Source: Deltaproteobacteria bacterium
GTDB lineage: Bacteria > Myxococcota_A > Polyangia > GCA-2747355 > JADLHG01
Assembly (NCBI GenBank): GCA_020848905.1
Contig: JADLHG010000020.1
Coordinates: 8,230-72,229, forward strand
DNA length: 64,000 bases
Reading direction: 5' to 3'
Positions 50,711 through 61,300 of the stretch are shown here, piece by piece. The notes beneath the pieces are model-generated. The model did no database searches. It saw only the letters and a list, made by a program, of their open reading frames with translations, and was not told where the DNA came from. Each line of letters starts with the position of its first letter. Positions within the stretch are counted from its first letter, which is position 1. A program made the translations under genes and the position numbers.

Positions 50711-51858
50711 GAGGTCTTCCCCTTGCGCGCCGGCTTGCGTGGCGCGGGTCGGTTCAGGAGGTCCCAGATCTTCTCCACCGAGAAGAGGATGCGCGTGTGG
50801 GTCTCGATCGGATTCTTGCCACCCGGGCGCCCCTGCAGCGCGAGATCGGGGATGACCACGCTCTTGGCGCCGCGCTTTCGCACCACCTTGCCGTCGAGGA
50901 TGACCCGCGTGGCGGCCATCAGATCGTTGATCGACCCGTCGTTGACGGTGGGCACGATGCCCCGGACGATCTTCTCGCCGAAGCGCGTGACGCCGGTGAC
51001 GGTGGGGAGGCCGTTCGCGGCGAGCGCGGGGACGTTGCGTCCGTCCACCGTGGGGAAGCCGCTCTGGCGCACCAGGGTGCGGAGCATCTTGGCCACGGGG
51101 TCGTTGGCCCCGGCCTTGGTCTGCGAGTAGAGGTACGAGGTGCCCGGGGCGAGCAGGTCGTCCTGATGGAGATCGAGATGGTCGAAGGTCGGGTACCGGG
51201 CCGACATGCGGGCGATCCAGGTGGTGATCGCGTGTGCGCCGGCGCTGCTCGGCTTGGCCGCCCGCGGCCGCATGGGGTCCTGACCCTCCTTCGGCAGGCC
51301 GGCCAGCACGCCCCACGCATCGGAGACGCTCTGGCTCTTGTCCTCGTTGCGCGGCGTGTTCGGGTGCCGCCAGTTCTTGCGGTAGCCGGCGGGGTTGATG
51401 AGCGGCATGAGAACCATCGGGATGTGGCGGTCCTTCGCGACCTGCGCCAGCTTCTCCAGCGTCGTAGCCTGGGCCAGCGCGTTCGGCCCCGAGGGCTCTT
51501 CGCCGTGGATGCCCGCGGTGATCCACATGGCCTTGCCGGTCCACGGGGTACGGTAGGTCACGACGGGGAGGCGATAGCGCTTGCCGTCGACGGTGACGCC
51601 CTGCCGGTAGATCACCTCGCGGATCCAGCCGTGGTCCCGGGCCATCTTGTCGTAGGCGGCGTAGAGGTCGTTCAGAGGGGCGCGTCCATCCGCGGAGTAG
51701 GTCGGCACGGGACTGCGCGGGCCGATGCTGCGGACGCGCTGCGGGCTCACGAGCTGACGGGGCGAGCCCTTCGTCGCCTGCGCGGGGCCGGCACAGAGCA
51801 GAATGGACGCGACCAGCAGGCCGGCTACGGCCTGGGGGGACTGCCTGCAGGCTTTCAT
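50707..51858 (-). CDS. secreted M14 / AstE-AspA-type zinc carboxypeptidase-like protein, tandem paralogue B
   Basis: ORF 50707..51876 with the likely ATG at 51858. MKACRQSPQAVAGLLVASILLCAGPAQA|T. MWITAGIHGEEPSG and HLDLHQDD. Collinear similarity to paralogue A throughout. Confidence 0.65.
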   Translation of the reverse strand: MKACRQSPQAVAGLLVASILLCAGPAQATKGSPRQLVSPQRVRSIGPRSPVPTYSADGRAPLNDLYAAYDKMARDHGWIREVIYRQGVTVDGKRYRLPVVTYRTPWTGKAMWITAGIHGEEPSGPNALAQATTLEKLAQVAKDRHIPMVLMPLINPAGYRKNWRHPNTPRNEDKSQSVSDAWGVLAGLPKEGQDPMRPRAAKPSSAGAHAITTWIARMSARYPTFDHLDLHQDDLLAPGTSYLYSQTKAGANDPVAKMLRTLVRQSGFPTVDGRNVPALAANGLPTVTGVTRFGEKIVRGIVPTVNDGSINDLMAATRVILDGKVVRKRGAKSVVIPDLALQGRPGGKNPIETHTRILFSVEKIWDLLNRPAPRKPARKGKTS

Positions 51859-52000
51859 GCCCACGGGCGTTTGCACGGCACATGCCAGCCGGGTGCGTGG
51901 AATCGGCGTGGAATTGGCGTGGAATTACAGCGGGGAGCGCCAGCGGGGGGTGACAGTTGGCACCACCTGCCGGCCACTCGGCGGTCCAGGCCTCGCGCCC

Positions 52001-53008
52001 TTACGGAAAGGCGAAGCGCACGCCGCCGCCGAGGGTGGCCTCTTCGGTGAAGACCGCCAGGCCCTTGCGGTGCCCCACGGTCCCGTCCGCGAACAGGTAG
52101 ATGTCCCCGACCCGGGAGGGGACGGCCACGCCGAGCAGGCTCCGCACGAGATACGCGTCGGGAAAGCCGCGCGTGCCGTACTGCGTCCGGCGGTCTGCGG
52201 GGACGGTGCGCACGCCGACCAGGTACTCGGCGAAGAACGAGACGAAGGGGTGCAGGTAGCGGAAGCGACGCCAGCGCGCGATGAGCTCCACCCCCGGGCC
52301 GTGGCTGTAGCTGCTGCGACCGGGGAGGAAGAACTTGTGGCGCAGAGAGGCCGTGAACTCGAAGCGGCCGAGCGGATAGCGGGCCGCCGCGTCCAGCATG
52401 ATGCAGTCGCCCACCTGGGAGGAGGTGAGGTACTCGGTCGTCCCCTCGCCCGAGGAGTTCGAGGCGGTCAGGTGATCGCTCTCGTGCCGAAACGAGACGG
52501 AGGCCTCGAGCGCGCACCCGCGATCGCACCACCTTCGCGCCAGGCGGTCGAACGCGATGGCCACCGAGTAGCCGAAGAGGCCGCGCCAGAAGCGCACGTC
52601 GCCGTTGAACCAGGGGAAGCCGACGGTGGTGGAGTTGTTGCCGTCCAGCTCGACCATGCCGTAGATGCCGAGCCGGGAGGTGAGGCCCGCCGCGCGCAGC
52701 GTGAAGACGCTGAACTGGCCTCCGGCGCTGAGCACGGTGCGGGGGAGGAAGACCACTCCCACGGCGGGGGTGTCCCGCGAGGCGGAGGCATTGAGCGAGA
52801 TCGAGCGGAAGGGGGCGAGAAACTCGAAGCGCGGCTCGGTCGCGCCCGAGCTCCGGGGCGGCGCGGCCTCGGCGGCGCGGGGCGTGCCGTTCGCCAGCGT
52901 GGGCGCGACGGTGGCGGTCACGCTCGCGCACAGCAGTGCGACGAGGGTCCGCGAGGCGAGGCGAGTGGGGCGCGGGCGGCTCGCGTACGTCCCGGACGAA
53001 GCGCTCAT
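52001..53008 (-). CDS. putative outer-membrane beta-barrel protein
   Basis: ATG at 53008 in ORF 52001..53947. Signal LVALLCASVTATVAPTLA. Alternating hydrophobic and aromatic-rich strands. The terminal ...GGGVRFAFP is OMP-like. The start overlaps the upstream stop (ATGA). Fold is inferred only. Confidence 0.5.
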   Translation of the reverse strand: MSASSGTYASRPRPTRLASRTLVALLCASVTATVAPTLANGTPRAAEAAPPRSSGATEPRFEFLAPFRSISLNASASRDTPAVGVVFLPRTVLSAGGQFSVFTLRAAGLTSRLGIYGMVELDGNNSTTVGFPWFNGDVRFWRGLFGYSVAIAFDRLARRWCDRGCALEASVSFRHESDHLTASNSSGEGTTEYLTSSQVGDCIMLDAAARYPLGRFEFTASLRHKFFLPGRSSYSHGPGVELIARWRRFRYLHPFVSFFAEYLVGVRTVPADRRTQYGTRGFPDAYLVRSLLGVAVPSRVGDIYLFADGTVGHRKGLAVFTEEATLGGGVRFAFP

Positions 53009-54147
53009 CGCCGGTAGTCCTCGTCGAAGCGGAAGGACACGAGGTGCAGCCCCGTGGCCGCCCCTGCGTTGCCCACGTGGTAGCTCACCGCGACGGTGCG
53101 TCCGTCCTCGCGTCGCAGGGCGGCGTGCTCGCGTCCTCCCTGCACGAACCACTCGGTAGGCTTCACCGCGTCGAAGAGGCGCAGCGGGTCGGAAAACGCG
53201 CTTTCGGGCCGGTCGCTCACCCGAACCTCGACGCGCTCGCCCAGATACGCGAGACCCACCATCGTGTACCGTCGGAGAAAGGCGTTGTAGCCGGCCGTCA
53301 CGAGCGGCGGCCCCGAGGCCAGAAGGCCCGCGCCCGTTGCGCTCTCCTTCCAGCTCGCGCCGAGGCCGTCGTAGTAGCGGTACGCGGCGGGGTTTGCGGC
53401 CTCCTCGGGTTTCACGCGCGCCACGCTGCAGCGGTGGTCGAACGCTCCCACCTGCTGGCAGCCGTGCAGATACGCGAAGCCGTCGCGATCCACGAAGGCG
53501 CTCGCCCCAAAGCTCGGTCCGGGGCGCAGCCAGAGCAGAAACGGTTCGTGCCGGGCCCGCGCCGGGCGGACCCGTTCGCACGGGCGATCGGGCGCCGCTT
53601 GCGTGCAGAGCCCCGTGCCCAGCACCTCCGCGTCGAAGACGCCGGGGCCGAGGAGGAGCTTGTCGTAGTAGATCGTGGCTTGCCCGCCGTGCACGAAGCC
53701 CCCGACGGCGCGCAGCGCGACGCGCTTCCCGTCGGTGCGTGCGGCGTTTTCCGCGAGCTCTTCGGGGTCGAGGGCGAGGAGCGAGAGGAGCTGACCGCCA
53801 GGTCCGCGCAGCAGGCTCACGCCCTGGGAGCACGCGAGGCCTGCGTCGCCGACCATAGCGGCAGCCGCCGGTACGCGCCGTTCGGGCTCGGTGGGCGTGG
53901 CCTTCAGCGTCAGCTCTTCCCACAGCCAGAGCGACCGTCCGGGCCACTCCACCGAGACAGGAGCGCCGAGGCCCGTCACGTTCGGGGGCACGGGCACGAG
54001 GCAGTCGCGCTCCACCTGCCCGACCCCGATGGCCAGGCTCTCGTCACCGAGGTGCTTGATGCACGACGCGAGGGGCAGCAGGCAGGCGAGGAGCCAGGGG
54101 GCCTGCCGGAGGCGCGTCGTGCCTCTCGAGCGCGTCTCGCGGCCCAC
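53005..54147 (-). CDS. hypothetical lipoprotein
   Basis: ORF 53005..54147. Lipobox LLPLASC|I. No family recognised with confidence. Lies 3 nt downstream of the lipid-kinase gene. Confidence 0.55.
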   Translation of the reverse strand: MGRETRSRGTTRLRQAPWLLACLLPLASCIKHLGDESLAIGVGQVERDCLVPVPPNVTGLGAPVSVEWPGRSLWLWEELTLKATPTEPERRVPAAAAMVGDAGLACSQGVSLLRGPGGQLLSLLALDPEELAENAARTDGKRVALRAVGGFVHGGQATIYYDKLLLGPGVFDAEVLGTGLCTQAAPDRPCERVRPARARHEPFLLWLRPGPSFGASAFVDRDGFAYLHGCQQVGAFDHRCSVARVKPEEAANPAAYRYYDGLGASWKESATGAGLLASGPPLVTAGYNAFLRRYTMVGLAYLGERVEVRVSDRPESAFSDPLRLFDAVKPTEWFVQGGREHAALRREDGRTVAVSYHVGNAGAATGLHLVSFRFDEDYRR

Positions 54148-54150
54148 GAC

Positions 54151-55269
54151 CTACATCCCGCGCCGGAGCGTGCCGAGCGCGAGGTCCGTGGCGCTGCGCG
54201 CGATCCGTGCCGCCAGCCGGATGCCCGGGACCACGTCGACCGTCGAGCTCATGGCCAGCTCGATCGCGGGCCCGAGCTCGACGGAGATCGGCTCACCGTC
54301 GCTCTCCAGCACCTCGCCGTCCAACGTGAAGATCCTCTCGGGGCTGTCGAGCTCGAGGTGCGAGGCGGGCCGGTTCACGTAGCGCGGGTCGGTCGGGAAC
54401 TGCCCCCGCCCGAAGAAGGAGAGCGCGGCCTGGGTCCAGGCGGAGACCGGCGAGCGCAGCGCGTGCGGATCGATGGGCAAGAGCCCCCGCGCGAGCAGCG
54501 GCATCATCAACGAGAACTCGCGCGGCGTGATGGCGTACGCGGCGACGTGGAAGGTGTCGCGGGTCCGCGGCTCGACGAAGGGGTCGGTCCCCACGAAGAG
54601 CCGGCCGGTGGTGTTGCAGAAGACCAGCGTGAAGCGGTCGGCCGGAAGCGTCTCCCCGTCGATCTGCACCCGGGCCTGCATCGGCTCGACGAGGGCCGCG
54701 TAATCGGCCGGGCGCTTGCTCCAGACGGCGGAGAGCGAGCGGACCGCGGTGTTCGCCACCTGCACCAGGCTCTTACTGCTCTTCTCGAACTGCGAGAGCA
54801 GGCGGACCAGCGGGCCGCTGCCGAAGGTGAAGCCGTGGTGGAGCTCGGCGCCGTGGCGGACGGCGAGGAGCGGCACCGACTTGAAGAGGAGCTGTCCCGC
54901 GCGGTGCGCCCGCACCACGCTGCGGAAATTCTGCGCCGGGGTGTCGCTCAGCCCGCACCAGCGCGCCACGACGTTCATCGTGCCGCCCCCGATGAAGGCG
55001 AAGCGCGGCCGGCGGGCGCGGGCCTGGCGGCAAACGCGGTCGAGCACGCGCTGGATCGTGCCGTCTCCGCCGTAGATGCAGACCAGCTCGGTGCGCTTGC
55101 CGAGCTCCTCGAGCGCGGGGCCCAGATCGTCGATCGAGTCGGTGACGATGCGCCGCGCGTGCTGCGCCTCCTCGGAGTCGAGGATCTCCGCCAGGGCCTT
55201 CCAGTGGCCGCCGGCCTGCGGGTTGCACAGCAAGACGATGTCTCGCGAGGAGCTACTCATCGGCGTCAC
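54151..55269 (-). CDS. diacylglycerol/lipid kinase catalytic-domain protein (YegS/BmrU-like)
   Basis: ORF 54151..55269. IVLLCNPQAGG... and LVCIYGGDGTIQRVLD (the GGDGT motif) are typical of the DAGK_cat family. Confidence 0.75.
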   Translation of the reverse strand: MTPMSSSSRDIVLLCNPQAGGHWKALAEILDSEEAQHARRIVTDSIDDLGPALEELGKRTELVCIYGGDGTIQRVLDRVCRQARARRPRFAFIGGGTMNVVARWCGLSDTPAQNFRSVVRAHRAGQLLFKSVPLLAVRHGAELHHGFTFGSGPLVRLLSQFEKSSKSLVQVANTAVRSLSAVWSKRPADYAALVEPMQARVQIDGETLPADRFTLVFCNTTGRLFVGTDPFVEPRTRDTFHVAAYAITPREFSLMMPLLARGLLPIDPHALRSPVSAWTQAALSFFGRGQFPTDPRYVNRPASHLELDSPERIFTLDGEVLESDGEPISVELGPAIELAMSSTVDVVPGIRLAARIARSATDLALGTLRRGM

Positions 55270-55302
55270 CCTCCGCGTTCGAGACGAAGCCCGGTCACGC
55301 GC

Positions 55303-58300
55303 TCAACTGGCGCGTACCGTAGCAGGGGGGCCCTCGGCGGCGGAAGGGCCGAAGCGCACCTCGACGGTGTGGTCCCGGCGGTCGTCGGCGAGCGGGAGCA
55401 CGTTCCCCGCGAGCGTCGCGCCGTCGAGCGTCAGGGTCGGCGGACCGGCGTGCAGCGGGTCCTGCGTGAAGAGCAGGTGGTAGAAGGTCGCGTAGTAGCG
55501 GTAGTGCACCTTGAAGCTCGTCCACGCCGCCGGGACCCGCGGCTGGACGTGCAGCCGGTCGACCCGCCGCTCGAGGCCCAGGATGACCTCATGGAGCAGG
55601 CGATAGAACCAGGCGGCCGAGCCGGTGTACCAGGTCCAGCCGCCGCGACCGGCCCACGCCGGATGGCTGTAGACGTCAGCGGCGAGCACGTAGGGCTCGA
55701 CCTTGTAGCGGTCGACTCCCGCGGGGTCGAGCGCGTGGTTGATCGGGTTCAGGAGCGAGACGAGAGCCGCGGCTTGCTCGCTCCGTCCGGCGAGCGCGAA
55801 GGCGAGAGCGGCCCACACGGCCCCGTGCGTGTACTGCCCGCCGTTCTCGCGCACGCCCGCCGGATAGCCCTTGATGTAGCCCGGCTCCTGGGCGGAGCGT
55901 TCGAAGGGGGGCGCGAAGAGCTTCACGAGCGGCGGCTCCTGGCACACGAGCTCGGACCAGACCGCGTCGAGGGCCAGCCGGCGGCGCCCGGGCGCGCCCA
56001 CCTCCGCGATGGTGGCCCAGGCCTGCGGCAGCGCGTCGATGCGGCACTCCGCGCTCCCCGCCGAGCCGAGAGGTTCCCCATCGTCGAAGTAGGCCCGCCG
56101 GTACCACTCCCCATCCCAGGCGTGCGTCTCGAGCGCGGCCTCGAGCGCGCCGGCCGCTTCCCCGCAGCGCCGCGCGAAGGGCTCGTCCCCCCGCGCTGCC
56201 GCTAGCGTCGCGAACTGCGAGAGCACGTGGTGCAGGAAGAAGCCGAGCCAGACGCTCTCCCCCTTGCCCCGGTGGCCCACCCGGTTCATGCCGTCGTTCC
56301 AGTCGCCGCTCCCCATCAGGGGCAGGCCGTGCGCCCCCACGCGCAGGCCGTTGAGGAGCGCTCGCGCGCAATGCTCGTAGAGCGTCCCGCTCTGATCGGA
56401 GCGGCTCGGCAGATCGTAGTAGCTCTCCTCCCCGTCGGTGAGCTGTCGGCCCGCGAGGAAGGGCACCTGCTCGTCGAGCACCCCCGTGTCGCCGGTGAAG
56501 GCCACGTAGCGGCAGACGGCGTAGGGGAGCCACAGGTAGTCGTCCGAACAGCTCGTGCGGACGCCGCGCCCCTTCGGTGGGTGCCACCAGTGGTGCACGT
56601 CTCCCTCGACGAACTGCCGGGCCGCCGAACGCAAAAGGTGTTCCCGCGAGAGCTCGGGCGTCTGATGGAGCAGGGCCACGCAGTCCTGGAGCTGGTCGCG
56701 AAAGCCGTAGGCCCCGCCGGACTGATAGAAGCCGCTCCGGCCCCACATGCGGCAGGAGAGCACCTGGTAGGGGAGCCACCCGTTCAAGAGCACGTTGACC
56801 GCGGCGTCGGGGGTCTCAGCGTGCAGCACGCCGAGCTTGTCGTTCCAGTAGCGCCAGACCTCCTCGAGCGCCACGCGCGCGACGCGCCTGCCGCGGTGGC
56901 GCTGGACCAGCGCGACGGCCTCGGCGGCGCTCGGCGCGGCGCCCAGGATGAAGACGACCTCGCGCTCGGCCCCCTCGGGGAGCTCGAGCCGCGTCTGCAT
57001 CGCGGCGCACGGGTCGAGCCCCGGGCCGAGTCGCCCGCTCAGCCGCCGCAGCCGCAGCGCGGCCGGGCTCGACGGATCGCCGTTGCGTCCCAAGAACTCG
57101 GCGCGGTCGCCGCTCACGCTGCGGACCGTCTCGCTGCAGTCGAAGAAGGCGACGGTCTCGGGGAAGTCGCTGCTGTAGCTGTTGCGCGCCAGGATGGCGC
57201 CCGTGAGCGGATCGAGCTCGGTGATGACGTGCATGGCCTGCCGCGAACGCAGGTCCCCGAGGACGAGGTCCACCGCGGCGAAGACGCTGACGCTCCGGCT
57301 GCGGCCGCTCAGGTTCCGGATCTTGAGCGCCCAGAACTTCACCGGCGCCTCGATGGCCACGTAGGTCGTCAGCTCGGTCTGCAGCCCGTCGTGCTGGTGC
57401 TCGAAGACGCTGTAGCCGAAGCCGTGACGGCAGGCGTACGGGCCCTCGCCGGGCCTTGGTCCGGGCGTGGGACTGAAGGTCTGCCCCCCCTCGTCGTCGC
57501 GGAGGTAGATCGCCTCGCCGCTCGGGTCGCTGACCGCGTCGTTGCTCCAGGGGGTGAGGCGGTAGAGCTGCGAGTTGCCGTACCAGGTGTAGGCGCTGCC
57601 GCTCTCGCTGACCACCGTGCCGAGCTGCGCATTGGCGATGACGTTGACCCAGGGGGCGGGGGTCTGCCGGCCGGGCGGGAGGTCCACGATGTACTCGCGC
57701 CCGTCCTGCGTGAAGCCGCCCGTGCCGTTCGAGAAGATCAGGTCCCGCCGCACGGACCCCGAGGGCTCGGCCGGCGGAGGCGACGGGGCGGGGCGCGCGA
57801 GGGCCAGCATCGGGGGGCGCGACGTGAGAGACGCCTCCCTCCAGCGCTCGAGCTGCTGTTCGAGCGGTCCTTCGCCGTCGCGAATCACGATGCGGGCCAC
57901 GGCCTGCAGAAGCACGCGGTCCTCCTCGGGGAAGGTGTCGAGGTGCCGGACGAAGACGCCGCCCGGGCGGTCCACGAGCTGGGCCTCGGTCCCCGAGGCG
58001 ATGAGTCCCATGATCTGATCGTTCAGCACCCGCCGGTAGCCGGAGGCGTCCTCGTTCCAGATCACGAGGTCGGTGAGCAGGCCGCGCGTGCGCCAGTAGG
58101 CGTGCGCCCCGAGGAGCGTGCGCACGAGGTGGAGGTTCTCCGCGTCGCTCACGCGGAGCAGCACGATCGGGAGGTCGCCGGAGATCGTGTGGCCCCAGAG
58201 CCCCGATTGGCCCTTCCTGTTGCGCAGGAGAATGCTGCCGGGGGCCCGGTAGGCGCCCACCGGGAAGATCACGGCCGAGGCGAGCTGGGCGTACTGCAGA

Positions 58301-61300
58301 GCCTCACGTTCGCTGGCTCCGAGGTGCCCGAGCGCGGCGCGGCTGTGCGTTCCCGCGGCTTCGAAGACCCGGTCCGCCATGCGGTGGTCCTGGTACTTCA
58401 GGACGAGCGCCAGGGCCGCCTCGCGCGTCGCGGCCGCGCCGATCACCAGGTCGAGCTGGACCTTGCCGTCCACCGCGAGCTCCACGGCGCGACGGGCGGC
58501 GACGCACGGGTCGAGCAGCGCCCCGGCTTGTCCGGAGAGCGGGCCGAAGTCGTCGAGAAAGGCGGGTCGACGAAGGCTCCGGCCACGACCGATGGCGCGC
58601 ACGCGTTCCAGCTCGTAGCTGCACGGGCCCGCGTCGGCGGAGCGCGCCTGGAGCATGCAGAACATCCAGGGCGGGCGCTCCTCGGCGGAGCGCGGGCGCC
58701 GCGTCATCAGGAGGGCGCCGTGCTCGGGGACGAGCTCCGCGTGCACGAACAGGTTGCTGAAGGCGCGGTGAAGCTCGTCGGCCACGCCCGGAGCGAGCAC
58801 GACCTCCGCGTAGGCGGTGACCTGGAGCGCGCGCGGGGACGCCGAGCGGTTGGTCAGACGGAGGCGGCGGATTTCGAGGTCGTCCTCGGCGGAGACCGCG
58901 ATCTCGGTGTGCGTCTCGATCTGATCGTCCTGGCGGCGGAACTCGGCCCGCCCCGGCGTGAAGATCGCCTCGTAGTGTCGGCCGGCGTGGAGCAGCGGCT
59001 GATAGGCGCTGGACCAGCTCCGGTGCGTCGCCCGGTCGCCGACGAAGCAGAAGACGCCGAAGGTCTCCGAGGTGGGGTCCTCGCGCCAGCGCGTCACGGC
59101 CAGGTCGTTCCAGCGGCTGTAGCCGGCGCCGGCGGCCGAGACCATCACGTGGTAGCGACCGTTCGAGAGGAGCTGCACCTCGGGGATGGGGGTGTTCGGG
59201 TTTGTGAGCACGCGGTTCACCGTCTCCGGGCCTCTGCGGACCACGCGCCGCGACACCTGCGCCTCGCGGGCGTGCGGGTGGATCAGCGCGTGGACCTTGG
59301 GGATGCGCTCCTGCAGGAGGAGCGTAGCCGCCCGCAGCTCCGGGTTGCTCAGGAAGCGACGCTGCATCTCGGGGCCCAGCACCGCCTGGCCGAGCGCGAG
59401 CAAGCTCATGCCGTGGTGGTGGACCATGTAGGAGCGGACGAGCGTGCTCCTTTGCCCCTCGGGCACGCGCGTGGGCGTGAAGTCTACCGCCTCGTAGAAG
59501 CCGTACGCTCCCACGCACGCCTCGTCCGACAAGCGGCGCAGGTTGGCGCAGGCCCGCTCGGGGTCCACGAGGAGCGCCAGGGTCGAGGCGTACGGCGAGA
59601 TGACGAGGTCGTCGCCGAGCCCGCGCTGCAGGCCGAGGCCGGGGACGCCAAAGGCGCGGTACTGGTAGGTCCCCTCGACGTCGGTCAGGCCGAAGCAGGA
59701 CTCGGAGACGCCCCAGGGCACGCCGCGCTGGCGGCCGTAGGCGATCTGGTGGGCCACCGCCGCGGCGCAGGTCTCGTGCAGGAGCGTCCCCTCGTAGGCG
59801 GGCATCACGAGGAGCGGCATCAGGTACTCGAACATCGAGCCGCTCCAGCTCAGCAGCGCCTGCTTCCCGCGCGCGGTGGTCAGGCGGCGGCCTAGGGCGA
59901 ACCAGTGTTCGAAGGGGAGCTCGCCCGAGGCGATGGCCAGGTAGCTCGCGAGGCGGGCCTCCGACGCCAAGAGATCGTAGAAGCTCTTGTCCAGCCGGCG
60001 CTCGGTGACCCAGTAGCCGATGGCCAAGAGCTTGCGCTGCCGATCGAAGAGGAACGAGAACTCCGCGTCGGCCAGGCCCAGGCAGCGTTGCCCGAGCGTC
60101 TCGAGTTGCTGCAGGCGCGCGAAGACAGCCTCGGCGCCGAGGCGCAGGGCCTCGAGCAGCGCGGCACGTGGATTCTCGGGACGGACGGACCCCAGCGCGC
60201 CATCAGCCCCCAGCGTTTCGGCCGCCTGTTGCGCGAGGCGGCCGAGCGCTTCGAGGGTGGCGGCGCCGTCGAGCTCCGCGAGACACCGCGCCGTATCCGC
60301 GTCGCGCGGGTCGGGGGGGAGCGCGAGCCAGGGGGCCAGCTCGGTCAGGTCGGCCAGAAAGGCCCGCGCGTGCCGATCGAAGGCGCTGGCCCACCAGGAG
60401 GCCTCGGGGTGGCGCTGCCGATCGCACGACTCGGCGAGGCGCGCGGAGGCCGCGCTCAGCACTTCCAGCCAGCTCCGCGTGGCGGAGAGTCCGTGCGCGC
60501 GCGTCTCGAGGAGCCGCGAGCAGGTCGCGAACGCCTCGGGGTCGCAGCGCGCTTGCGGCTCGTCGCGCCCGCCGAGCTGCGCGGTCAGGACCCCGAACGT
60601 GTCGCGCAGGCCGTCGAGCGCCCTTGCGGGCAACGCCGGGGCCGTCGCGAGCTCGAGGAGCCCGCTGCGCAGCACGCGCACGTGCCCCACGAGGTTGCCG
60701 CTGTCGACGGAGGAGACGTAGAGCGGGGCGAGGGGCTTGCGCGTCTCCGTCTCGTACCAGTTGAAGAAGTGCCCCCGGTGACGCTCGAGCGTCTCCATCG
60801 ATTCGATGGAGCGGGCGGTGCGGTCGAGGAGCTGCCCGCCGCTCAGGTACCCGAGGTCGTGCGCCGCCAGGTTGGAGAGCAGCGAGAGGCCCAGGTCGGT
60901 GGGGCTGGTGCGATGCGCCACGCGCAGCCCGGGGAGCTCCTGGACGTTGTCCGGGGGGAGCCAGTTGTCGCGAGGGCCGACGAAGACCTCGAAGTAGCGC
61001 CAGGTGAGTCGGGCCACCTGCCGCAGAAAGCCCACCTCCTCGGCGGCGAGCCGGCTCGAGGGGGGTCGCACCGGCCGGCTGACCCACCATGCGATGAGGG
61101 GGGAGAGGAGCCAGAGCACGAGGACCAGACTCGCGGAGACGCCCGCTTTCGCAGGGGCCCTCGTGGCCAGGAAGGCCGCGGTGGCGATTGCCACGGCCGG
61201 TGCGACCCACATCCGCTGCAGCACCGGGCCGAAGCGCGACGCCGCTCCGCTCTCGGCGGCGGCGGCGGTCTGCCACTCGAGCAGGCGTTTGTGGCTGAAG

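Noticed and set aside
49652-51883. The 743-aa ORF read as a single gene
   Set aside because: Its N-terminal half is an out-of-frame shadow of paralogue B (50707..51858). The real gene starts at the ATG at 50710 with a signal peptide.
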